Part shown: positions 1 through 8,178 of the stretch, piece by piece
How the letters are laid out: each line of letters opens with the position of its first letter
Position numbering within the stretch: the first letter of the stretch is position 1
Program-made: the position numbers and the translations under genes
Assembly: GCA_049976365.1 (NCBI GenBank)
Contig: JBMFIJ010000001.1
Span: 1-60,095 of the forward strand
DNA: 60,095 bases
From: Candidatus Aenigmatarchaeota archaeon
GTDB lineage: Archaea; Aenigmatarchaeota; Aenigmatarchaeia; CG10238-14; SpSt-28
Reading direction: 5' to 3'
Notes under the pieces: model-generated
Database searches by the model: none
What the model was told of the DNA's origin: nothing
The model's input: the letters and a program-made list of their open reading frames with translations, nothing else

Positions 1-952
1 GAGCTATGGCATCTATCTCATCAAAGAAAATTATAGAAGGAGCATTTTTTTCCGCCTCTTCAAAAATTTTTCTTAAGTTGGCTTCAGATTCTCCGTAAAA
101 TTTAGATAAAAATTCAGGACCATTAACTGAAATAAAGTATGCTCCACTTTCATTAGCAACCGCTTTAGCTAGTAAAGTTTTTCCTGTTCCAGGAGGACCA
201 TAAAGCAAAACCCCTTTTGGTGGTTCTATTCCAAGTCTTTCAAAAATTTCCGGGTGCCTTAAAGGCAATTCAATCATTTCTCTAACTTTTTCAACAACAG
301 GTTTTATACCACCAATATCTTCATAAGTAACAGCAGGAACAGATCTAGCTTCTAACTTCATACCTTCTGGCAATTTTTTCATAACTTCAACTTCAGTTAT
401 TTCTCCAACTCTTACAATTTTATTAGGAGGATCAGTATTTACAACAACAAATTTTGTTTCAGAAGGAAACGGTGTGAAGAAAAAGTCTTCGAAATCGCCA
501 CCGAAAAATTCTTCAAAAAAGGAAGAAGTCCCTCTCCTTTTATATGCAGGAGAAGGAACAATTATATCTCCCTTTACTAATGGTCTACCAAGAATATTTT
601 GTTTTACTAATTCAGGAGCAATATGAAGTATTACTCCAGGTTCAGCAGGAGCTAAAACTACTCTTTTTGCTTCAATTGGATCGGCTCTTCTCACAATAAC
701 GCTTTCTCCAACTCCAACTCCAGCATTCTTTCTTGTAATTCCATCCATTCTAATTATATTTAATCCGATATCAGCAGGATAAGCTCTTCTTACGATTGCT
801 GCAGTTTTTCTCGTTCCTTCTAACTCTACAATATCTCCTTCCTTCACTCCAATTTTTCTCATTACTTCGCTATCTATTCTTACAATTCCCCTACCAGCTT
901 CATCTTTAGCTGTCAATTCTCCTACTTTAAGTTTTATTTCATTGTTTGTCAT
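1..952 (-). CDS. cdc48: CDC48/VCP-like AAA+ ATPase, N-terminal part (gene runs off the window start)
   Basis: Absent from the ORF track because no stop lies in the window. The reverse strand from the ATG (complement of 950-952) reads [27 protein letters not shown] (CDC48 N domain). It continues to [35 protein letters not shown] (Walker A) and [11 protein letters not shown] (Walker B). Confidence 0.85.
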   Translation of the reverse strand, partial: MTNNEIKLKVGELTAKDEAGRGIVRIDSEVMRKIGVKEGDIVELEGTRKTAAIVRRAYPADIGLNIIRMDGITRKNAGVGVGESVIVRRADPIEAKRVVLAPAEPGVILHIAPELVKQNILGRPLVKGDIIVPSPAYKRRGTSSFFEEFFGGDFEDFFFTPFPSETKFVVVNTDPPNKIVRVGEITEVEVMKKLPEGMKLEARSVPAVTYEDIGGIKPVVEKVREMIELPLRHPEIFERLGIEPPKGVLLYGPPGTGKTLLAKAVANESGAYFISVNGPEFLSKFYGESEANLRKIFEEAEKNAPSIIFFDEIDAIA

Positions 953-1026
953 AATATCACTTTGCGTTTATTTTTAAACATTTTCTAATCCTAATTAATT
1001 ATAACTTTCGAAAATTAAAAATAGTT

Positions 1027-3519
1027 ATGAAAACATATATTACAAGGCTTACATTGCAAGGTTTTAAAAGTTTTAATAAAAAGATTTCCATACCTTTTAC
1101 TCCAGGCTTAACGGTTATAACTGGTCCTAATGGAAGTGGAAAAAGCAATATTATCGATGCTATTTCTTTTGTTCTGGGAAGAACATCAGCAAAGAGTATG
1201 AGAGCAGATAGATTAAGTGAATTAATTTTTAGGGGAACAGAAACTAAAAAGCCTGCAGAATATGCGAGTGTTACAATTTATTTTGATAATTCTAAGAAAA
1301 TTTTCCCTTTTGAAGAAAAAGAAATCTCTATAACAAGAAAAGTTAATAGAAAAGGATATGTAGTTTATAAGTTGAACGGTAAAACTGTAACAAGAGAAAA
1401 AATTCTGGAAGTCCTTTCTTTAGCTAACATAAGACCAGATGGCTATAATATAATTTTTCAGGGAGATGTTACTAGAGTTATTGAAATGAATCCTATAGAA
1501 AGGAGAGAAATAATAGATGAAATTTGTGGAATCGCGGAATATAATGAAAAGAAAGAAAAGGCAATGAAAGATTTAGAGATTGTTGATCAAAAGCTTAGAG
1601 AAGTGGAAATAATAGTAACTCAAAAATATGAAATATTCAAAAAGTTAGAAGAAGAAAGGAATGCTGCCTTAAGATATCAAGAGTTACAAAAGCAGTTATT
1701 AATATTGCAAGCATCATATTGGAAAAAGAAAGTAGAGGCGCTAGAAGAGAAATTAAATAAAATAGTTCAAGATATAAATCATATAAAGGAAAAAATCGAA
1801 AAAATCGATTCAGAGATTGTTGAAAAAGAAAAAAAACTTGAAGAGACCGAAAGAAACAACAGACAAATAATAGACAAAATAGTTGAACTTTCTAAAAGGA
1901 TAAGAATTGAAGAGGAAGCGAGTAGAATAAGATCAAGACTTATGTTAATAAAGGAGAAAATTGATATAGATAGAAGAGAAGCAGAGAGAATTCAAAATTT
2001 GATAGAAAAGTTAGAGGCGTTAGAAGTTAAAAAAGCAGAATTTAGTAGAGAGATGTCAAGGGCCACAAGAGAAATACTAAATTTAAAATTAAAGGGTGTT
2101 TATGGTACAGTTGCAGATCTAATTTCAGTTCCAGAAGAATATAAAATTGCTATAGAAGTAGCCGCAGCTCAACATTTGTATGATATTGTTGTAGAAAATG
2201 AAGATGTTGCTATAAATTGTATAAACTTTCTCAAAAGAGAAAAAATTGGAAGAGCTACTTTTCTGCCATTAAATAAAATAAAGCCTCAAGAGTTTAAAGA
2301 AAAAGATCTTTTGGATAAAGATGGAGTGATTGGTCTTGCTAGCAAATTAATAAGCTATGATAGAAAGTTTGAGCCTGCTATAGAATTTGTTTTTGGCAAT
2401 ACTTTAATAGTAGACAGTTTACAAACGGCTAAAGAAATAGGTATAGGAAAAGTAAGAATGGTAACTTTGGATGGAGATTTAGTTGAAAGAAGCGGTGCAA
2501 TAACAGGAGGTTTTCTTATAGTAGAGAGAAAAATGAAAGAAGAAAAAGAAGATATTGAGAAGTATAGAGAATTAAAGCTTCAACTTCTTAGGGAAATTGA
2601 AGAGCTAAAGAAAGAAGAGGAAGAATTGGAAAATAAGCTTAAAGAAATTGCTATTTCAGAAGAAAGTAAAGAAATGATAAATTTAGAAAAGCTAAAAATT
2701 TCTTCAGAGAGAGAAATTGAAAAGTTGAGAGAAGAAAGGAGAAAACTGCAAGATAGAAGAATAAACTTAGAAATTGAGATTAATAAACTAGCAATAGAAA
2801 AAGCAAAAATAGAAACAGAGTTAGAAAGTTCTAAAAAAGAGGCTGAAAAGTTTATAAATGTTGAAACATTAGATGAAAAACTTTCTGTTATAGAAGAGAA
2901 GTTAAGGAAAGTTGAAAGTGAGATTAAAAATATTGGAACAGTAAATTTGAAAGCAATAGAAGAGTATGAGATATTAAAAAAAGAGTTTGACGCACTTAAA
3001 GAAAAATATGAAAAAATTTTGGAAGAAAAGAAAGCTGTTATTAAAACAATTGAAGAAATAGAAAGTAAGAGAAGAGAGGTTTTCTTTTCAACTCTAGAGA
3101 AGATAAACAGTGAATTCAACAAAGTTTGTAGTGAAATGATGAATGGTAAAGGCCTATTGACTTTGGAAGATGTTAATAATTTAGATTCTGGCTTATTAAT
3201 ACAAATTACTCTTCCGGGAAAAAATGTCGATATAGATTCATTATCGGGAGGGGAAAAAACTTTAACAGCTTTAGCATTTCTATTCGCAATTCAGAGATAT
3301 AAGCCTTCAGACTTTTATTTGCTTGATGAAATAGATGCAGCATTGGACAAAGAAAATAGTTTAAAGGTCGCTCGATGGTTAAAGGAAATGTCAAAAGATT
3401 GTCAATTCATAACTATTTCTCACAATGATATAACAATAAGAGCTGCTGACAAACTTTATGGTTGCACGCTAGAAGACGGAGAAACAAAGATTTTATCTTT
3501 GGAGTTGCCAAAAGAATGA
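1027..3519 (+). CDS. smc: SMC chromosome-maintenance ATPase with unusually short coiled-coil arms (830 aa)
   Basis: Walker A GPNGSGKSN; central SMC hinge (GVYGTVADLISVPEEYKIAIEVAAAQHLYDIVVE...GRATFLPLNKI); signature LSGGEKTLTALAFLFAIQ; Walker B FYLLDEIDAALD. Confidence 0.85.
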   Translation: MKTYITRLTLQGFKSFNKKISIPFTPGLTVITGPNGSGKSNIIDAISFVLGRTSAKSMRADRLSELIFRGTETKKPAEYASVTIYFDNSKKIFPFEEKEISITRKVNRKGYVVYKLNGKTVTREKILEVLSLANIRPDGYNIIFQGDVTRVIEMNPIERREIIDEICGIAEYNEKKEKAMKDLEIVDQKLREVEIIVTQKYEIFKKLEEERNAALRYQELQKQLLILQASYWKKKVEALEEKLNKIVQDINHIKEKIEKIDSEIVEKEKKLEETERNNRQIIDKIVELSKRIRIEEEASRIRSRLMLIKEKIDIDRREAERIQNLIEKLEALEVKKAEFSREMSRATREILNLKLKGVYGTVADLISVPEEYKIAIEVAAAQHLYDIVVENEDVAINCINFLKREKIGRATFLPLNKIKPQEFKEKDLLDKDGVIGLASKLISYDRKFEPAIEFVFGNTLIVDSLQTAKEIGIGKVRMVTLDGDLVERSGAITGGFLIVERKMKEEKEDIEKYRELKLQLLREIEELKKEEEELENKLKEIAISEESKEMINLEKLKISSEREIEKLREERRKLQDRRINLEIEINKLAIEKAKIETELESSKKEAEKFINVETLDEKLSVIEEKLRKVESEIKNIGTVNLKAIEEYEILKKEFDALKEKYEKILEEKKAVIKTIEEIESKRREVFFSTLEKINSEFNKVCSEMMNGKGLLTLEDVNNLDSGLLIQITLPGKNVDIDSLSGGEKTLTALAFLFAIQRYKPSDFYLLDEIDAALDKENSLKVARWLKEMSKDCQFITISHNDITIRAADKLYGCTLEDGETKILSLELPKE

Positions 3520-3523
3520 AATT

Positions 3524-4156
3524 TTATTTTTTCAAATTCTTTTTTGAATATTTTAATATCAGTTTTTTGAATATTAGATAAGTTGCAATTGCTAAAAATA
3601 CTAAAATGCCAAAGAAAGATGACAAATCCCCTATTCCAAAATGTTTCCAATTTTCTCCGAAATAATATCCTACAGAAATCAAAAACGTCGACCATATTAT
3701 GGAGCCAGAAAATGTATAAATTATGTATTTTTCTAGTTTCATTTTTGTGAAACCGGCTGGAATAGAAATTAACTCTCTTATGCCAGGAACCATTCTTCCA
3801 AAGAAAACTGCTATGTTACCATAATTTTTAAACCAATTATCAGCAGCTCTAATTTTTTTCCTATCAATGAAAAAATATTTTCCATAATTTTCAATTAATC
3901 TTCTTCCAATTTTTAAGGCAAGATAATAGTAAACTAAAGAAGCAAGGGTTGAACCAAAAGCAGCTATTATTATACCTATAGCCAATCCAATAAAATTAAG
4001 ATTGTAGAATGAAATTAGATAACCTGATAAGGGTAAAATAATTTCACTAGGTATAGGAGGAAATATAGCCTCCAGAAATACTCCTATGAAAATTCCTAGA
4101 AACAAATTTTTCTGAATTGCCGTAATGATAAAATTTAGTAAGCTTTCTAGCATCAA
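3524..4156 (-). CDS. DedA/SNARE-associated family membrane protein
   Basis: 210 aa multi-TM protein with a DedA-like core (RMVPGIRELISIPAGFTKM, GYYFG). Confidence 0.65.
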   Translation of the reverse strand: MMLESLLNFIITAIQKNLFLGIFIGVFLEAIFPPIPSEIILPLSGYLISFYNLNFIGLAIGIIIAAFGSTLASLVYYYLALKIGRRLIENYGKYFFIDRKKIRAADNWFKNYGNIAVFFGRMVPGIRELISIPAGFTKMKLEKYIIYTFSGSIIWSTFLISVGYYFGENWKHFGIGDLSSFFGILVFLAIATYLIFKKLILKYSKKNLKK

Positions 4157-4192
4157 TTAATTGGTTAGATTAAAATAAAAGTTTCTAGATAA

Positions 4193-4214
4193 AGACTACC
4201 ATAGGATCTTTGGG
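4193..4214. repeat. 3' half of the 22-bp rRNA processing stem (pairs with 7868-7889)
   Basis: agactaccataggatctttggg is the exact reverse complement of cccaaagatcctatggtagtct at 7868-7889. Confidence 0.85.
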
Positions 4215-4547
4215 TTTGTTAGATTTCCGGCCACCCTTGGGCTGTTGGGAGTGGCAGGCTCGCAGCTCGCCCGAAGGCTCGCTGCATACACCTCCACCCC
4301 ATCAACGCCATCGTCTATGGCAGCCCTCGTCTCTCTACCGGGTTTCCCCAGTAGAGAGATTGGCCGTCTATTTTTCCGGGTGGTTTCCCCCTTAGATGCT
4401 TTCAGGGGTTATCCACTGGGGCGTGGCTGCCCGGCATGCCAAATGGACAACCGGTAAACCAGAGGCCCCGGAAGCGCGTTCCTTTCGTACTTGCGCTTCC
4501 TTCCGGTCAGACGGCTAGCACTCCCGGTAGATAGCGACCGAACTGTC

Positions 4548-4671
4548 TCTATCGCCGCATACAAGAGAATACTATCTATTAGATGTTTTCGACCCAGCAA
4601 CGATAGCTATTTCATCCTTTTGGCAAGATATAAATGCCAAAATGTCTATAGCAAGTGACCCTTGTATGCGG
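4548..4671 (-). other. About 124-nt insertion in 23S at the I-CreI/L2593 site (intron-like, no ORF)
   Basis: The canonical GUCGUGA|GACAGUUCGG is split. The insert ends pair perfectly: CCGCAUACAAG with CUUGUAUGCGG (11 bp). Confidence 0.8.
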
Positions 4672-4800
4672 TCACGACGTTCTGAACCCAGCTAGCGTCC
4701 CCCTTTAACCAGTGGACACCTGTACCCTTGGCCACTGCTGCATGGCCAGGAGGGGGGGAGCCGACAGCTACGCACCAACGCGCCGGGTCAATTTGCCTGT

Positions 4801-4900
4801 CACTATCTGCAGGAAACGAGACCCACGCAGATAGCTTTACTGTGGGCTTTCACCGGCCACGGGCCCATTCTGGAGGATAGGCAAAAATCAAAAGCCTATC
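4801..4900 (-). other. 57-100-nt insertion in 23S at the GGGGAUA|ACAG peptidyl-transferase site (I-SceI/L2449 position); boundary ambiguous
   Basis: GGGGAUA (4901-4907) is separated from ACAGGC (4795-4800) by 100 nt. A second ACAG at 4840-4843 gives an alternative 57-nt insert (4844-4900). The insert contains the hairpin GAUAGGC-UUUUGAUUUUU-GCCUAUC. Confidence 0.6.
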
Positions 4901-5044
4901 TATCCCCGAGGTAGCTTTTCTGATACCACCGGCCCCCATTAAGGGGTACCGATGTATCGCTAACCCACGCTTTCGCGGCTGGAACCCTCGCTTTGTGGGT
5001 TCCAGTCAGCCCACCTTTTGCGTTTGCACTCTACCCCGGATTTC

Positions 5045-5132
5045 TTTCGGGTGAAGATTCTCTTACTATCAAAAGCTACCCCGCTAATCATTTGGTCATT
5101 CGGGAGCGACCTTATCATCTAGAGAATCTTCA
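5045..5132 (-). other. About 88-nt insertion inside the conserved GGGUCA-GAAAUCC hairpin loop of 23S domain V
   Basis: A perfect 12-bp closing stem, UGAAGAUUCUCU/AGAGAAUCUUCA (5121-5132 with 5052-5063), interrupts CCCGGGUCA...GAAAUCCGGGG. Confidence 0.7.
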
Positions 5133-5360
5133 TGACCCGGGTGAGGTGAGCTTTGGGCCCCCTCGATATCTTTTCGAGGGGGTGCCGCCCCAGCCGAACT
5201 GCCCATCTAGCGCTGTCCCCTCTTCGGGTAAGCTGTAAAGTCCCAGAAGGCTGGTGTTACACTTGCCCCTCGGCTTCGGCCGAAGCCTACGCCTGATAGC
5301 GGGTCCCAGCTACTCTATGCAACCAGGACTTTACAGCAACGCCAGACTGCAGTAAAGCTC

Positions 5361-5398
5361 TCCGCTAGAAGGAATTAATGATTAATTCCTTCTATCTA
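5361..5398 (-). other. About 35-nt hairpin insertion in 23S after GACCCCGU (near E. coli 2068)
   Basis: The near-perfect palindrome AGAAGGAAUUAAUCAUUAAUUCCUUCU (5367-5393) sits between GACCCCGU and GAGCUUUACUGCAG, which are contiguous in canonical LSU rRNA. Confidence 0.65.
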
Positions 5399-5540
5399 CG
5401 GGGTCTACGTTTCCCACCGGGAGTCTCCGGCCTATTCACCGGAAAGCCGAGTTCGCTGGGTCCCTCCCCGGGACAGCGCCCAGGTCGTTAAGCTGTTCAA
5501 CCGGCCGCCATTTAAGCGGCAAGGGATTACGCTACTTCTG

Positions 5541-5618
5541 TCGCCCAAGGCGGCGTCTAGGCTTTCATAGCTATTTCTGTAAGTCAGAAGCTCTAGCTCA
5601 AATGACCGCCTGAGATAC
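5541..5618 (-). other. About 78-nt insertion in 23S at the I-CeuI/L1923 site (intron-like, no ORF)
   Basis: The canonical GUAACUCUGACCGUC|CUAAGGUAGCG reads GUAACUCUGACCGUC-[insert]-CAGAAGUAGCGUAAUCCCUUG. The insert ends (CAGGCGGUC ... GACGCCGCCUUG) can pair. Confidence 0.7.
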
Positions 5619-5746
5619 GACGGTCAGAGTTACCGCCGCCGCTCTGCGGGGCTTAGCCCGGTTGTAACCGGGTTTCACACACCGCAGCTGGGCAAACCTC
5701 AGGGACTGTACTCATCCTTTCGGACTAGCAGTCCCCTGCGTTTTTT

Positions 5747-5847
5747 AACCTGGGAAGAAAGGATATGATAGACTTTTTGGTAAGTTTGTAAATTGAACAT
5801 TTTTCCCAAACTATACCATTTAATACTTAAAATTTCCTCTCTTCCCG
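5747..5847 (-). other. About 100-nt AT-rich insertion in 23S after GACUGUUUAACAAAC (near E. coli 1785)
   Basis: Closing stem GGGAAGAGAGGA/UCCUUUCUUCCC (5835-5846 with 5752-5763). The canonical sequence continues AAAAACGCAGG immediately after the insert. Confidence 0.7.
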
Positions 5848-7243
5848 TTTGTTAAACAGTCGCCTGGGCCTTGTCACTGCGACCTGCAGTCCCTTCTATC
5901 CCTTGCCTTCTAAAGAAGGCTTAGGATAGTCAGGACTACAGGCACCCCTTCTAGCGAACATACGGGGCCAACTTGCCGATTTCCCTGGGGAGGGTTCTCC
6001 CAACACGCCGTTCCCTTCTCAGGAAGCCCACCTGTGCCGGTTCTCGGTACGGTCTAGGGGAATCCTTGTGGATTGCCTTTTCACGGGCTCCAAGAATCGG
6101 CCGAACTCCCTTACGGGAGCCCATCCTGCCTTCAGCTCCTTCTCCTCATTACGAGACTCCGGAGCCTTCGGCAGTTAGCTTGCGTCGGCCTATCTCGAAG
6201 CGTCGGCAATCCACCTTGCCTCGCGGCACGTATCCCCTAGGTTCCGGAATATTAACCGGATTCCCTTTCTCGGGTTCGCCGATTAAGGGAACCCTTAGGA
6301 CCGACTAACTGCCGGCTGACGAACATTGCCGGCAAACCCTTGGGCTTCAGGCGGCTGGGATTCTCACCCAGCTCGGCTGCTACTTTCGGCGGGATCTGCA
6401 TTACTGTGTGGTCCATGGGAGTTCACACCCCCACTTCTACCCACACAGTACGCCCCCCTACCATCTCTTATCGAGATCTGGGGTATCGGCAGTCGGCTTA
6501 GTCCCTTCCATCTTCAGGGCACAAACCCTCGGCGGGTAAGTTGTTGTACACTTCTTAGCTGATGGCTACTTTTAGGCCCACAGCCCCGCTGTCTAAGGGT
6601 TTGTACCCCTTCTTCGTTTAGCCGACATTTAGGGGCCTTAACCCCAGTCTGGGTTGTTCCCCTCACGAGTGCCGAGCTTACCCCAGCACTCATTTTCCCA
6701 CCTTCTACGAGGCTGGCGGATTCGGAGTTTGACAGAGTGGCTGAGCCTTTCGGCCCTTGACCACTCGATCAGTAACTCTACCCCACCAGCACTCTCAGGT
6801 GAGACTGCTCTGCGGAGCATATCGGGGGGAACCGGCTATGAGGCCGCTCGATTGGCTTTTCACCCCTAATCCTGGCTCACGAGAGGGATTGGCATCTCAC
6901 CACCTCTATCGGGCCTCCACCTCCCTTTCGGGAGGCTTCACCCTGGCCAGGATTAGATCGCGGCCCTTCCGGTTGTAGGCGAGTGACTTCAGGCGCTTTC
7001 ACACCCCGCGCCTCACTTGGTTTTAACCAAGTTGCGCGCGAGTCGCTTTCGCTACGGCTTCGGGGTTTAACCCCTTAACCTCGCCACTCACCTACACTCC
7101 CCGCCCCGTTTTTCCAAACGGACGTCAGGACGGTGTTAGTCGTCTCTCGCTTTTTAGCTTCAAGACGACATCTTTCCCGCCCTGACAGACTATAACCGCT
7201 TGGTTTCAGGCTCTTTTCACCCCGCTTTCGCGGTGCTTTTCAG

Positions 7244-7344
7244 CTTTCCAGGCGGTTAGCCGAGTAAAAGGATTAAGTTTAAATAAAAAATTCCAGCTTT
7301 TCCTGATTGAATCATTTTATTACATATATGCCTTCGACTAACCG
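7244..7344 (-). other. About 101-nt AT-rich insertion in 23S domain I (between GGAAAG and CUGAAAAGCACC)
   Basis: The canonical GUACCGUGAGGGAAAGCUGAAAAGCACC is split. The insert is bounded by the direct repeat GGAAAG and closed by GCGGUUAGUCGA/UCGGCUAACCGC. Confidence 0.7.
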
Positions 7345-7867
7345 CTTTCCGTCACCGTACTAGTACGCTATCGGACTCTGGGTGTGTTTAGGGTTGGATG
7401 TTAATGCCACCCAGCTTCCCACTCCCAAATCAGGGAATGGTACTCAGGAGACCTGGAATTTCCCTTCTCCCCTTCCCCTACGGGACTATCACCCTCTATG
7501 GTAGGGCATTCCAGCCCACTTCGGGTCGAGGAGTTAGGGAATACCCAGGTCCTACAACTCCACATTCCAGTTAGCTTTTCGCCAACCGGTTCGGTTTGCC
7601 CTTTGCCGGTTTCGGTCGCCCCTACTCCCGGCATCTCATTTGATTTCTCTTCCTGCGGGTACTGAGATGCTTCACTTCCCCGCGTCCCCCTTCCAGGTCT
7701 TTAAGACCTGGAATGCCTCTAAACGAGGCAGGATTCCCATTCGGAAATCCCGGGGTCTAAGGCCGCGTGCGCCTAACCCGGGCCTATCGTGGCTTGCCAC
7801 GTCCTTCTTCGGCCCCAGAGCCGAGCCATCCACCAAGCGGCGTAGCAGTGGCCGGAAACCCCTTAAC

Positions 7868-7889
7868 CCCAAAGATCCTATGGTAGTCT
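7868..7889. repeat. 5' half of the 22-bp rRNA processing stem (pairs with 4193-4214)
   Basis: Exact inverted repeat. An inner 11-bp helix, UUUCCGGCCAC/GUGGCCGGAAA, follows after a bulged region. Confidence 0.85.
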
Positions 7890-8115
7890 CATTTTTTATG
7901 CCTCTTAAAGACAGTTCGTTCTTCATTACTTCAGTAAACTTTTTAAATCATTGGCGTCGACCTTCACCTTTTAGCTTTTTGCTAAAAGGTTGCATTAATG
8001 CTAGCAAGGTGTCCTCTCTCATCATTAAATTTTCAGAAAGATTGGCAGCTAGCTCATCGCAACTTTAAAGGCTTAAGCTGCCATAATTGTCACTAAAATT
8101 TTTATGTATTTACAT

Positions 8116-8127
8116 GTTTATAAGCTT
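8116..8127 (-). promoter_or_regulatory. Candidate BRE/TATA promoter for the 23S rRNA
   Basis: The reverse strand reads AAGCTTATAAAC, matching the AAGCTTTATAA-type motif seen upstream of other genes here. It lies about 230 nt upstream of the processing stem. A second candidate, AAGCCTTTAAAGT, is at 8062-8074. Confidence 0.4.
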
Positions 8128-8178
8128 TTTGCTCTGATTATTTAAAATTCTTAGAAATAATTTAAATCGAACTATTTT

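Larger units (their letters stand above)
4193..7889 (-). rRNA. rrl: 23S (LSU) rRNA including processing stem; the mature ends are probably near 4215 and 7867
   Basis: Conserved LSU blocks read on the reverse strand: GGAUAACCCCUGAAAGCAUCUAAG (3' domain), AGCUGGGUUCAGAACGUCGUGA, GGGGAUA..ACAGGC (PTC), GACCCCGU..GAGCUUUACUGCAG, GGCGACUGUUUAAC, and GGUGGAUGGCUCGGCUC at the 5' end. A 22-bp flanking stem pairs 4193-4214 with 7868-7889. The region is strongly GC-rich against an AT-rich background. Confidence 0.95.

Noticed and set aside
2580-3122. A 180-aa Ser/Phe/Leu-rich antisense ORF inside smc. Similar cases: 44246-45038, 42944-43237, 49367-49756 and 31022-31333.
   Set aside because: These are low-complexity mirror ORFs opposite well-supported genes, produced by A/G-rich Lys/Glu codons on the sense strand.
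4210-8068. A dozen ORFs of 60-142 aa on both strands (for example 4210-4395, 5973-6308, 7640-8068).
   Set aside because: They lie inside the 23S rRNA gene. Their Pro/Arg/Gly-rich translations are artefacts of GC-rich RNA sequence.
8015-8075. C/D-box-like words (GCGAUGAG ... CUGA ... AUGAUGA) in the 23S leader, read on the reverse strand.
   Set aside because: The spacing is wrong (17 nt from C to D'). There is no terminal D box (CUGA) after the C'-like box, and the first box deviates from RUGAUGA.
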